Shown in pieces: positions 11,901-25,133 of a stretch of DNA of 64,000 nt. Within the stretch, counting starts at the first letter, position 1. Every line of letters begins with the position of its first letter. The notes beneath the pieces are model-generated. The model ran no database searches, was not told where the DNA came from, and saw nothing but the letters and a program-made list of their open reading frames with translations. The DNA comes from Balanoglossus misakiensis (taxonomy: Eukaryota; Animalia; Hemichordata), in NCBI GenBank assembly GCA_040954595.2, contig CM082592.2, positions 2,545,462 to 2,609,461 of the forward strand. Direction: 5' to 3'. The translations under genes and the position numbers were made by a program.

Positions 11901-14900
11901 TAAATAAACTTGGAAGTGTTACAATTGGAGACCCATGTAATTACAAGTCAATAATTGGTGATGGTAACTGTTATTTTAGGTCCTTGTCATATTGTATAAG
12001 TGGGACTGAGCGAAATCACGGAGTAATTCGAATGGCTATTGTGAATCACTTGAAAGCCAATGAGGAAGTATATTCAGGCTGGGTAAGGTTAGATGGATAT
12101 ACATCAGTTGCTGATTATATTGAGAAGTCCAGAATGGATCGTCTTGGAACATGGGCTACAGAAACTGAAATCCTTGCCACTACTAATCTCTTCAATGTGA
12201 ATATTTTCGTGTACAGTTTCGATAGTTGGTGGAAACATTCTTGTAATATAATCAATAAAAATAATGTTGATAGAGGTGTAGGTATATATCTGAACCATCG
12301 TAATAGAAACCATTATGAAGTAGTTGAGTGTGTGAAGACACCACAGTTGGAAACTTGTCACTGTACACACATTGATTGCAATGTAGTTTTCCCTATTGAA
12401 AATGTGACTGGAGAATGCATGGATGTGACAGATGAGTGTTCAAAACAGACTGGTTTGCGAAAAGAGTGTGATTTGGATGACGTATTTCCTACTCATGAAG
12501 AATTACAGTGTCTTGCACTACAAAGAGGTAAGAAACGCAGAACAGCCATGAGTGTACGGCTAAGAAAGAAAGTCAGACGCGAAAGGTATGAAATTGAAAC
12601 AACCAAAGTGAATAATTTGAATGTGTCCAATAGTGTGAAAAGCAGTAAAGCAGTTAAACAATATGAACGTTATCAGACAAATAGTGAATATAGAGACAAT
12701 ATAAAATTGGATAATAGAAAGAGGTATCATGAAAATGTAATGTATAGAGAAAACAAGAAATGTAAACTTACAGGAAGATACGCAGATGATCAAGTTTTTC
12801 GTGAAGCTCAGAAAATTGTCTGTGCACAACAGTGTGTGGCAAAATATACAAATAACCAACTATACAGAGAACACAAGAAGAGTCAGAGTGCGGCACATTT
12901 TCTTGACAAGTATAAAACAGATCAGAAGTTTCAAAGACAAAAGCAAAAACAATGTTTGGAGAGGTACCAACAGGTTCAAGAGTATAAAGAGTCTGCATTG
13001 AAGAGGAGTCGTAGAGAGAGGAAAGTGGCTAAGATTGAAAAGCAAAATATAGAGCATATTATAATTGATTTCAGGAATCAGACTTCAGTTGGCCCAAATT
13101 GTGTATGTTCAGTTTGTCATCGGAGACTTTTTAGAAAACAAGTAATTGTTTGTAAGATGCATAACTATATCTCTAAGGGAGGTCTCTGTGAAATGAATGC
13201 CAACAAGTGCATAACAGAAGATTATGTACATAACTGTAGTGAATTATGTATTGTTGATTGTCCACTTAAGACCAGTGCAGCTAGTAAATTATGGATTTGT
13301 CACACATGCCATAGCAAACTGTTGCGTGCAGAGATGCCTGTTCAAGCGGCTGCAAACAATCTTGATGTAAAACCAATCCCTAATGAATTAAAATGTCTGA
13401 ATTCTTTAGAGCAACATTTAATTGCACTGCATATTCCTTTCATGAAAATGATGGCTCTGCCAAAAGGTGGTCAGAATGGTGTTCATGGACCTGTTGTATG
13501 TGTCCCATCTAATATAGAAAAAGCCACAAGTATTTTGCCTAGAGGTGAATTGGATGACCAGATGATAAAGGTGAAATTAAAGCGGAAATTAAGTTACAAA
13601 GGTTGTTATCAGTATCAATTTGTAAACAAAGGGCACATACAGAATGCACTGGAATACCTAAAGAAAAACAACAAGTGGTATAATGATGTAAAATTTAATC
13701 CCACTTGGAAAAATACTCTTGAAAAGACTGAAGAAAAAACTGACGGTGAAGGTAATGAAAACAATGAGGAAAACACTTCAGATACTGAAGGCAATGATGT
13801 AACATCGGATACAGAAGATGGAAATGAGCCTGATACAGATACTAATGGAATATTCATGGACACATGCTTTCAACCGGTTGACATAGGTCAAGATATTCTT
13901 GATTATCACTTTCAGGATATAGCTTGTGTTGCTCCTGCAGAGGGTAATGCACCTATTAGTGTGTTGATGGAGAATTTCAATGAAGCTAAGTGCTTTCCAG
14001 TCTTATTCCCAAATGGGTCACCGACATTTCATGATGACAGAGAGGTAAAGATAACAATAGGACGATACCTGCAAAGTCGCCTGATGAATGCAAGTAACAG
14101 GTTTGCAAAAAGCACAGACTACATATTTTATGCACAATATCGTTCAGAACTTGACCAGGTTGTATCAAATGTGTCAATTGCTTTGAGAAAAGGAACTGCC
14201 AATGCTTGTGGGAAAAAGGTGACATCTGAAGTTCTGACTAATACAGATTCTTTGAAAGAGATATTGAAGTGTGATGAAGGCTACAAGTTTTTAAAACCAG
14301 TACGAGGGACTCCTCCTTATTGGCAGGCCACACAGAAAGATTTATTTGCAATGATCAGGCAGTTAGGTATACCAACATGGTTCTGCTCATTTTCTGCTGC
14401 CGACTTACGGTGGAAAGAAGTAATTGAGACTATCCTACGTGAAGAAGGTGATGTACGTAATGCTGAGGATCTTGATTGGTCTGAGAAATGTGGTATCTTG
14501 AGACGAAACCCTGTGACTGCAGCAAGAATGTTTGATCATAGATTTCATTGTTTTTTGACTGATGTAATTATGTCACCAGCTAGTCCTATTGGGAAGATCA
14601 AAGATTATTTTTATCGAGTTGAGTTTCAACAACGTGGCTCACCACACACTCACTGTTTGTTTTGGGTTGAAAATGCCCCAAAAGTGGACAAAGATTCTGA
14701 TGAAGATGTTGTTGAGTTTGTTGACAGATATGTAACATGCGAAATGCCTTCTATTGAAGAGGATGAGGTACTGCATGAGATTGTGAAAACAGTCCAGAAA
14801 CACAGCTCAAGGCATTCAAAATCTTGCAAGAAAAAGGGTACTACATGTCGATTCAACTTCCCTCGACCTCCTTCAAACAAAACCTTTGTATGCCACCCTT

Positions 14901-17900
14901 CTGTCAGTATAGATACCGGTACAGAGATGGCAGATGATGAGGAGTGTAGAGGTGCTCAGGTCACAACATCAATGGAAAATGAATTAGAAATTGATTTGCC
15001 TCAGTTAGATGATACAGCATTGGGTGAGAAAAGGGCTAGACAAATTTTAGAACGAGTGTGGACATGCCTGTGTGAGAAAGAGAAACAAATTGATACTATT
15101 GATGATTTGTTTAATGCAGTTGGCATAACTCAGGAAATGTTTGAACAAGCAAATGCAACTTTGGCCAAGAAGACAAGTGTAGTTCTAAAACGTGAACCAA
15201 GTGATGTTTGGGTGAACCAATATAATGCCAATCTTCTCCGTTGCTGGAATGCAAATATGGACATTCAGTTTGTTGTGGATGCTTATGCCTGTGTTGTGTA
15301 CATTGTGTCATACATCTCTAAGGCAGAAAGAGAAATGGGTTTACTCTTGGAACATGCACAGAAAGAGGCTTACAAAGAAGGAAATATGGATGCAAAGTCT
15401 GCCATGAAAGAATTAGGCAGTGTATACTTGCACAACAGGGAAGTGAGTGCACAGGAAGCTATATATAGGGTATGTGGTTTGAAACTGAAACAATCATCAC
15501 GAAAAGTTCAGTTTATTCCCACAGGAGAAAATCAAATCAAAATGAGTTTGCCATTGACTGTAATACAGAAGAAAATGAAAGGTGGTGATCTAGATGAGGA
15601 AGAGATATGGATGAATAGCATTGTAGACAGGTACAAGAACAGACCAAATGGGGAAGATTTCGACAACATGTGTCTTGCCACATTTTGTTCTGAATATAGA
15701 GTGGTTTCGAAATCAGAAATGAAATATGTGAATAATGAAAATCGTTGCAGTCCAATAGTGAAGTTGAAAAATGATGTCGGTTACATGCAGAAAAGATCTA
15801 GAAGTGATGGGGCTGTCATTAGATATGCACGATTTTCTGTTACCAAATATCCAGAGAAGCACTATTGCAGTATATTACAACTTTTTCTCCCATACCGAAC
15901 TGAATCACAACTGAAACCTAGTGGATTTGAGTCGTATGAGGATTTTTATTGTCTTGGTGCAGTGAAATGTGGCTCTGCTTCTTTAGAAAAGGTTAAAGTG
16001 ATCGTAGATGCCAATAAAGCATTATTTGAAACAGAGGCTGAGGCTATTGATGCAGCTGAACAAATTCTTGAAGAGAATGGACCTCTTGAAGATGCATGGG
16101 CTCAAATATGTCCAGAAAGTGAATTAGAACGATCAGAATGCATTGAAGAAGGTAAAAGATGCTGTGATGATGATCCCGTAGATGACGATGACATTCCAGA
16201 TTTGGTTCAGAAATCCAAAGGTGATGATTGCCATGTAGAAGTTTCAAGTTCTTCAGTAAAGAAAGCTGAGGTTGAAGCAATGTGTAGATCTTTGAACAAG
16301 AAACAAGCAGAAGTGTTTTACACTGTCAGGAAGTGGTGTTTGGACAAAAGCAATGGCAAGAATCCAGAATCCTTTTATCTGTTTGTCACTGGTGGTGCTG
16401 GTACTGGGAAAAGTCACTTAATCAAAGCCATATATCATGAAGCCAAACGAATTCTAGCTCGGGCAATGCCAGATGTTGATGGAATTTCCATTGTTTTAAC
16501 TGCACCAACCGGAGTCGCAGCATTTAATATACAAGGAACAACTCTCCATCATATATTCTCCATTGCAGTTGACTCAAAGTTGCCATATCAGCCACTGAAT
16601 GAAGAAAAGCTCAATACCCTACGTTGCAAATTTGGTAACCTTCAAATTTTGATAATAGATGAGATTTCCATGGTAGACAAGAAGTTATTGTACTATGTTC
16701 ATGGAAGACTACGACAAATCAAACAATCATCAGCTGAGTCACCATTTGGGAATGTGTGTGTTATTGCTGTGGGTGACTTTTACCAACTTCCACCTGTGAA
16801 AGCAAGTCCACTCTGCATAGACCGTGAATCCATCAATCTGTGGAATGATAATTTCAGTATTGTAGAACTAACTGAAATAATGAGACAGAAAGACTGTGCA
16901 TTTGCAGAGGCACTAAATCGAGTAAGAGTTCACAAGAAAGGGGACACACTGAATACTGGTGATGTAGCAATGTTTCAGAGGTGTGTTACTGGTGAAAAAC
17001 CTGAGGCAATACATTTGTTTGCTACGAATGCAGAGGTTAATAGCTGTAATATTGAAATGCTCCATTCACTATGTTCTGATCCTGTGTGCATTGAAGCAGA
17101 GGATTTAAGCAGGAATCCAAAAACTGGAAGACTAGAAAAAAAGGAAGGACATCACATCAAAGTGTATAGGACAACTTTGCCAAAGACTCTTACTCTAGCT
17201 GTTGGTGCACGAGTCCAATTGACGCATAACATTGATGTGGCTGATGGTTTGGTGAATGGCGTATTTGGCACAGTATGTCACATTGCAGAGAAACCAAGTG
17301 AAAAGTTTCCAGCTGCCATTTATGTTGTATTTGACAATTTGAAAGTTGGCCAAGGATTGAGGAACAAGAGCCCTGTAATTATATCTGACCTTCCAGAAAA
17401 CATCACTCGTATAGAACCCCAGGAAATGTCTGTTGCAAGTAATGGTGGTATTAGGAGGCAGTTTCCTTTGAAACTAGCTTGGGCATGTACAGTTCACAAA
17501 GTACAGGGTTTAACCGTTGAAAAAGCTGTTGTCAGTTTAAAGAAGATGTTTGCACCAGGACAGGCATATGTGGCATTGAGTCGGGTGACATCATTAGATG
17601 GTCTCATTATTAATGACTTCAATACATCATCCATATATTGCAATGAAAAGGTTCAAGAAGCCTTGGAAAGAATGCCAAAGTTTCTCTGCAAGTGTACTCA
17701 GACAGAACAGAGTAAATATACATGCTCATTTTTATTGCATAATGTTGAGGGCCTTGTAAATCACATTAAAGATATTTGCAATGACAGTGAATACTTGGAA
17801 GCAGACTTCATTTGTTTGACGGAGACATGGTTATCTGAAAAAGAAGCATGGTGTGATGTACAATTGAGCGGGTTTGAATTCAATCACCAACCTCGATCTC

Positions 17901-18373
17901 AATCCTACAATCAATTTGATACAAATACCTCAAGTTTACAGTTGCAACAGCGGGGTGGTGTTGGAGTCTATAGCAAAATTGGCAAGAATTTTGAAATTTT
18001 GCATTTGGCTGTGTGTAATTTGGAATGTATTTCATTTTATGTTACAAATATCAATGTTACAATAGCTATAGTTTACAGACCTCCATCATACAAAGCAGAG
18101 GTATTCAAAAATAGCATGGTTTCTTTGGTGAAAGCAATGGACAAATACCCAGGAGGCAAACTGATCATGGGTGATTTCAATCAAGATATCTTGACTCGGT
18201 CATCACTTGTAAAGTTCATGGAAGATCATGGTTTCAGACAATCTGTAAGCGAACCAACTACAGAAGCTAATACACTGATTGATCATGTGTATGTGAAAGG
18301 AATAAAAAATGTCACAGTAAATATTGTACCAAAATACTTCAGCTTTCATGAAGCAATAAGCATCAAAATATAG
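11901..18373 (+). CDS. Helentron OTU-Zn finger-HUH Rep-Pif1 helicase-APE endonuclease protein, copy 1 (main part)
   Basis: OTU: GDGNCYFRSLS...W...NHYE. Rep: FCSFSAAD, VEFQQRGSPHTHCLFW (Helentron-type Ser), YIVSYISK. Pif1: GGAGTGKS, APTGVAA, IIDEISM, GDFYQLPPV, TVHKVQG, QAYVALSR. APE: HNVEG, CLTETWL, VYRPP, MGDFN, IDHVY. Confidence 0.96.
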
Positions 18374-18506
18374 TAATTTACACTTGTATTTGAAATAAAA
18401 TAAGTAAATAGAAAAAAAAAGAAAAAAAAAACATGACAAGGAAAAACCTCATTCAGGTACATGCTTCAAAAATGGCCTTTGTAAACAAAAAGATTGGTGA
18501 CAGATG

Positions 18507-18680
18507 GTTCCAGACCTTGTTGCTTCGCCAAGGCAAATCATGTGCCTCTGGTGGTAGGACATGACCGGGCAAGTATCCTGTGCTGGCGGAGCGACTCTTG
18601 CTAGTTGCTATACTCCTTGCCTAATCATACTGCCAGTAGTGCACTAGGCTGCATAGCGATGAGGTCTGGGAGCAAAACTA
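18507..18680. mobile_element. Decayed small foldback/MITE-like element inside the Helentron (copy 2: 43581-43754)
   Basis: Inverted arms CCAGACCTTGTTGCT (18510-18524) and AGCGATGAGGTCTGG (18655-18669). All three mismatches fit CpG decay. Confidence 0.45.
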
Positions 18681-18735
18681 CTCAGCAATATTAGTGAATG
18701 TACTTATAGTGGCTCCTAGGATAAATCAATTATGT

Positions 18736-19027
18736 TCAATTCAAATAGTTTATTGTCAACAACAAATGTAAAAAATGTCTTCAGGCTCACTAATCAATTC
18801 CAATATGATGACAACCACATCTGTATGCAGCTAAGGATAAACCTGAGAAAGGATGAAACTGAGGGTGAAAGAAAACAGAAAATAGGAGAACTGTTTACAG
18901 GGTTAAAATATATTATAACAGAAAATACAATTAATGAATTTTGTAAAGGTGCTACAGATACTAAAATGTTCAAAAATAAATCATCAATCAGTTAATATGA
19001 AAATAGACTAATAAATAAATATACTGA

Positions 19028-19086
<59 letters not shown>

Positions 19087-19091
19087 ACAAA

Positions 19092-19142
<51 letters not shown>

Positions 19143-19562
19143 ATGTTCTAGTTTATAGTTTCAATTTTTTGATGGAATTACAGAAAACAGGTCATGACGT
19201 TTTTGATCTGATGTCAAGTGGCAAAATTCCCCATAATACAGTACCAGCGTAGGGTATTGCAAATTTACATATGGATGTATTGACAGTTGGAACAAAAAGA
19301 TTTCCTTGATTTTTATGTCATGTACTGTATTGGTGAGACGCTAATGAACAATAGCTAGTGAAACAGAGAGGTAAATTGTCATTGACCACAGGTCATACAA
19401 AAAGGTACAGAATTGAAGTTTGTGTGGTTTGAAGATGTCAAGAATATTCAAATGTTTAAAACAGCCAAGTGTGCTGTGAAGTCGCGAAAGATTACTGCCA
19501 TTTTTGAGCGAGGAGTTCAATGCTGTTAAGGTGAAAAGGATATGTGGATATCCAGACTTCAA
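18736..19562 (-). mobile_element. 5'-truncated, degenerate CR1/L2-group LINE 3' fragment carried in the Helentron (copy 2: 43810-44652)
   Basis: Minus-strand translations FKHLNILDIFKPHKLQFCTFLYDL and NLFVPTVNTSICKFAIPYAGTVLWGILPLDIRSKTS*PVF match the typical ORF2 C-terminus. The 3' tail reads AATAAACTATTTGAATTGAA. Confidence 0.7.
19028..19144. repeat. (TAAA)n microsatellite (16 bp longer in copy 2)
   Basis: Direct reading; the copy offset changes from 25074 to 25090 across it. Confidence 0.95.
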
Positions 19563-19795
19563 GGCCGATTAGGTGATGTGATGTAGTATAAATGTGTTTA
19601 ATATAGAGAAGAATTAAAATATATTTTGGTACAAATTTGAAATGATTTAACTTTCAGAAGAAGATAAACTCAGGCGAAGGATTGAGTAATTTAAGACAGG
19701 CTGCCTGGCTGTCATAATGTTTTATCTGTCTGTATGTCTGTGTCATGTATGCACTTGCATATGTACATTTGTAACATATGTACATGTGTATATGC

Positions 19796-19833
<38 letters not shown>

Positions 19834-19835
19834 AC

Positions 19836-19868
<33 letters not shown>

Positions 19869-19887
19869 TGTATGTATGTATGTATGT
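19796..19887. repeat. (TG)n/(TATG)n microsatellite (12 bp longer in copy 2)
   Basis: Direct reading; the copy offset changes from 25090 to 25102. Confidence 0.95.
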
Positions 19888-22534
19888 ACCGGCATGTATG
19901 TACGTGCATGTGTACCAGTATGATATGGAGGCATTTTCAATGAATATACAACATTATTCTTAAATATGTATTTTACGGCAGTAATCCATTTCATGGAAAG
20001 TGTTATCGTTTGGAAGCTCCAGAGGATGTAATTACAATGTTAAATATTCCAGTAACATCATGGGATAATCATCTTTGTGTGCAGACTCAATATTGAGTAT
20101 ATATACATAATTTCTCTGCCTTCAATTCTGTGTGGTATAGTGTATTTATTGCATTTTGTCACAAGATATGTCAGATGCTGTATTTTGAACATCTTATTGT
20201 ATACTGTAATACTGGATAATTATTAATTGTAGTAAAGATATTTGCTTTTATTATGACAGTAAAAGTAATGTTTGAAATTGTACTTTTAATTATGGAAAAA
20301 GTTTACTGGTGTTTGGTATACCTTGTAAATAACCGAATTTGACTCAAGCTAGTTATTTTACAACAGTAATTGAAATGTTTAAATTGTCATTGTTATTATC
20401 AAACATGGTTCAGTCAATTTAATAACTATTTATTTGGAAACAATGTGGCTTGAAATGTTTGAAATTGTATTCTTTTTCTCAAATGAAATACTGTCTGTTG
20501 GAGATTTTATGTTTTTAAAGTTTGTGTCAACATGACATACATGAAATTTTCATTTTCATTACAACATTAAGTAACATCTTTGAAATTATCAGATTTATTA
20601 TTAAACATGGTTGTGTTCATTGATTATTTAAAGGTAATTAATTATTTAGAATCAGTGTTGTTACATTTTGTTAGAAAAGTAATTGAAATCTTTACAATTA
20701 TTTTTTGTTATCAAAAAAAAAGATTGTGTGTGTTGGAAATTTTACAATTATAAACATTTTGGTCAGCATAGTTGCCTTTATTTGAGCATTTACTGAATGG
20801 TTTGACATTCTAAAGTTTATCATCACACATCATTCTGTCTGTTGAATATTTTATGACAGTTAAAAGTCAAGTCGCTTGGATTAGAACATTAATTCTAATA
20901 TAGATTGATGTTGGAAATTGTAAATTTTATCATCAAATGTAGTGTGAAGAATAGAAGATTGTATTATAAAAGTAAAAATATGGTACATTGACTTGGAGAA
21001 ACAGGGGTTAATAATTAATTTCTTCGAATGGTATTTTTTGAGCTGTTGGCACAGAAGCTGTATGGCATTTCAGTGTAGATAGCACATGTGAATATACAGC
21101 ACGGAAACCAATGCATTTTAATACAAGTGAACTGTAGATGTGAATTTGGTCGAAGGGAAAAAGGAAATAGAACACTGTCACAAGATAGTGGGTCTGAGAG
21201 TTTGTCTCATTATTAAAGTGTCACACATATACATAGCAACAATGTGTGCTTTTGAGCAAGCTCCATAATTACCCAGAAACATTATTAGGAATGCCATGCT
21301 GTTAATGAACAGTAGTCTGTTGCATGACGGATATAATAGACAGATAATGTTTCAATCTGTATGGAAAGGGTTTTCATATCCTATGGAGTAATCGGCATAA
21401 ATAGAAAAATTTGTAATATTTACAAACAGAAATATCTGTATTTAATATATATGTGTTAATTATTTAACTTAGTTCATATCACTACCATGTGTGGATTAAG
21501 CTATTGGTGTTCATTGAACCCTGCAGAAGTCAACAAGGAACATTGTATTGTAAAAGATTAGCCTGTGCCTAGCTTGCTTTAAACAGTGACACATCTACAA
21601 ATTGTTCATTTCATACATAGATATATGCTTTTAAGAGACAAACTCTTATTCAGCAATTGTTAAGAGTTTTGTTTAATATTAAAAACTGTTTCTGTTGTTT
21701 TAATAGTTGAAACATGCTGAAATATTGGTGAACTGTACTCAATCTGGACTATGCACATACGGTACACATACATGTACAAGATAGAACATTCACTGATTCA
21801 GTAAAATAATTTATGATGTCCATCCCGTTTTTGACTGTTGGTTAAACTTCGATCCATGTATTTGACTGTATAGCCATAGTTGCAAACTTTTAGACCACAT
21901 CAAGCTTAGAATGAGATCATAGAGTATGAATTACTCTAGCTGTCATGTAAAGTACCATGGCAATGTTATGTATCCAAGAGAAACAATTTAGTTTATTTAA
22001 TCTGAATGTGACACATAGAATCAGCACTTTTTATACAGCAAAGGGGTAATTTCTGACCCCGTTTTTTGTTTATGCACTGAAGTTATATTGCACAGTGAAA
22101 AACGTTATGCAAGTATTCCCTGTATTCTTGAATGATATCACAAAAAGGGCCAAAAACTGCATTTTGAAATTCTAGTAAGCTTTTGCCAGGGTCAGATTTC
22201 CACACTTAATAAGTGTTATATTAGATATGTCCTCTTAATATATATGTTTTTAAGTATTTGATATGTCAACATGCACTGAAAGGAATACTGGATATTCAAA
22301 TGATTAAGATAGATGGTAACTTAACTACACCAATTCTCTTGGTGGAAGAATTATATATTGTCTGTTACTACATTTGGCCATAGTCATTAGATTAAAGCCA
22401 GCTTGGTTTGCTTCAATATAAAACTACTAGGTAACAGATGAATTATAAATGGCAAAGTGTGCATCATCACATAATAGCCAAAAACTGTGCCTAAGATACT
22501 GTAGAGCATGTGATTTATATGAGGATTTTAGAGT

Positions 22535-22810
22535 AAGACACAGCTTATTAATGTTCAAGCTTGTAAGATAAGGATTCTGCAAAAGCAGAACAGTTAGGTC
22601 ATTTAAGAAGTTCTATGGTAGATAAATGATGTTGTTTCCAAAAATGCCATCTGTTACTCAAATGATGAGTGACAGCATTCCTGGATTTAACTTGCATCAG
22701 TAATTTGGTAGTTAAGTCAAATTTTACTACAATTTGTCACTTGTGGTCAGTCTTGATGGGTGTAACATGCTAGGAGGGTACACTTACCCATTCCGGACAC
22801 CTGGTACAAG
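22535..22810 (+). mobile_element. Degenerate retroelement (Penelope-like) RT C-terminal fragment and 3' end (copy 2: 47637-47912)
   Basis: Translates QLLMFKLVR*GFCKSRTVRSFKKFYGR, resembling the KL..QG....L..S.+KFYGR motif I recall from invertebrate Penelope-like RTs; followed by CTTACCCATTCCGGACACCTG. Confidence 0.45.
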
Positions 22811-23554
22811 AGCTTAGCAGTGGTTTAAAATGATCCTGTGAGATTGTCATTTTTCTATTATTTATTATTTGAACCTGGTAATTAGCTTACCTTGAATGAT
22901 ATTGATTATTCGACCTGATTTGATGTCTTATTCTTGCAATAACAAACAAAACCTCTACTGTTGTCAACCTTTTATTTATTTAAGATAAACCTGTCAGTTG
23001 AATCATTGCTTGTTTGAAAGCAGCCCTTACTGTAGTTATCACTTTATTTTAATGTACATTATAGGTCTCTGACCACTGAAAACATAACTTCTATGTCTGA
23101 TTTTCTTATCTATCTTTACTCTGTACAATATATCTGGTTTGGCTGATATATCACCCAATGGCCATACAAACTTTTGTCATTTAATTTTGTCACATACTAG
23201 TACATATCCAAAACACAAAACATCTATGGCCCTCTTATTATTAGGCATACAATTTGCTTAAGTATAAAACCCGTAAAGTGTTTCAACACACCAAATACAA
23301 ATACTTTATCTCCTCTGAAAGTCGAGATATGGAAAAGTAAGACAAGGTCACCCCAGGGACAAGGCTGAACCTACTATGGATTCTGATATATACGAAAGTA
23401 AATCAAAGGTCACCTAAGGCCACACCGATATTTGGACAAAATAGTTTGACCCCATATTATGTCTATGTCGAACAAAAACCAGACCTGTAGCCGTGTTGGT
23501 AAACCTATAATTATGTATGCACATAATTAATGAGTTAAGCAGGTGTCAGATGAC

Positions 23555-24245
23555 CCCAAAACTTTGGCTTTTCATAATGGCCCCATACCTCCAAACGCCA
23601 AGGTTGTACCTGCTTTGGATGCCGAGATATGCAAAAGTAGGTCAAAGGTCATCTGAGGTCACCCAAAATTGGGGCAGAAAATTTTGACCCATAGTGGTCC
23701 ATGTCCAACAAAAACCAGACCTCTAGCCCTTTTGGTTAGCCCGGAATTAGGTATGCACATAAATAATGAGTTAAGAAGGTATCACAGCTGACCCAAAACT
23801 TTGGCTTTTCATTATGGCCCCATACCTCCAAACGCCAAGGTTGTACCTGCTTTGGATGCCGAGATATGCAAAAGTAGGTCAAAGGTCATCTGAGGTCACC
23901 CAAAATTTGGGCAGAAAATTTTGACCCATAGTGGTCCATGTCCAACAAAAACCAGACCTCTAGCCCTTTTGGTTAGCCCGGAATTAGGTATGCACATAAA
24001 TAATGAGTTAAGCAGGTGTCACAGGTGACAAAAAACTTTGGCTTTTCATTATGGCCCCATACCTCCAAACGCCAAGGCTGTATCTGCTGTGGATGTCGAG
24101 ATATGCAAAAGTAGGTCAAAGGTCACCCGAGGTCACCCAACATTTGGGCAAAATATTTTGACACCATAAAGGTCCATGTATAAAAAAAACAAAACCTCTA
24201 GGTCTATTGGTTCATCTGTAATTAGGTATGTGCATATTTAATGAG
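23555..24245. repeat. ~239-bp subterminal tandem module (about 3 copies) in the Helentron right arm
   Basis: AAAACTTTGGCTTTTCA.TATGGCCCCATACC recurs at ~239-bp spacing. Related modules occur in the left arm and in the small elements. Confidence 0.85.
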
Positions 24246-25133
24246 GTCAGCAGAGGTCAAAGGGGTCACGAAAAGTAGCAAAATTATTTGATCACATACA
24301 AATCCACATACATCAAAAACCAAACTTACAGCCCTATTGGTTAGCCTGGAATTAGATATGCAGAAAAAACGATGTGTCAAAAGTAGGTCAAAGGTCATTG
24401 CCAAAATTACCAAAATATTTGGGGTAGGTCCTGGCAGGAGTGATACCAATGTGCACAAAAATCAGAACTCTGGTACATTTAGAACAGGTAGTATGAGCTA
24501 TATATGCATATATGCAGGTTCTTAAAAAAGTAGGTCAAAGGTCATGTGAAAATTGCCAAAAAATTTGCAACATATTCTAGTCATATGACGACTCATATCC
24601 ACAAAAAGAATTTGTATGCTATCTATTTTTCGACTAGAAAAATGATTTCTTAATTTTCGCTGGTTTTTACAAAATCCAATATGGCCGCCATAATCTTTGA
24701 CCAATCACAACGCTCTTCGCAAACTTGATAGACATCAGTTAGGTGATGTCATACCCTAAATCCCATGACTCGGTTATTGCCGGTTCTGGAGAAGAAGATT
24801 TTTGAAGATTTTACTGTACTTTTTCGAAAATCCAATATGGCGGCCAAGGTCACGTGACCGCTCAGGATTTTATTGTCAATTTTTGAAGGGCAGAGGACAT
24901 GTGTACCATACACCAAATTTGAACTTGATTGGCCCTGTGGTTTTTGAGAAGAAGCCATTTAAACATTTTCAGAAAATCCAATATGGCCGCCAGGTCACGT
25001 GACTAATTAAATATTCACAAGCCACTGCACATCTACTCATTGACCTTGACCACTGTAGCAAGTTTGAGAAGTGTACCTGTAGCCGTTTCAGAGATCTAGG
25101 AGAGCAAAGATTGACATAAGAATAAAGAAAGAA

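Noticed and set aside
18507-18673. Ribozyme or guide-like structured RNA just downstream of the transposase (15-bp stem with three G-U pairs)
   Set aside because: All three wobbles are explained by CpG to TpG decay of a perfect DNA inverted repeat, and I could not fit HDV, hammerhead or twister cores. A covariance-model search would settle it.
19712-19994. Overlapping YVCM/HTYI ORFs (also 44802-45096)
   Set aside because: Translations of (TG)n/(TATG)n.
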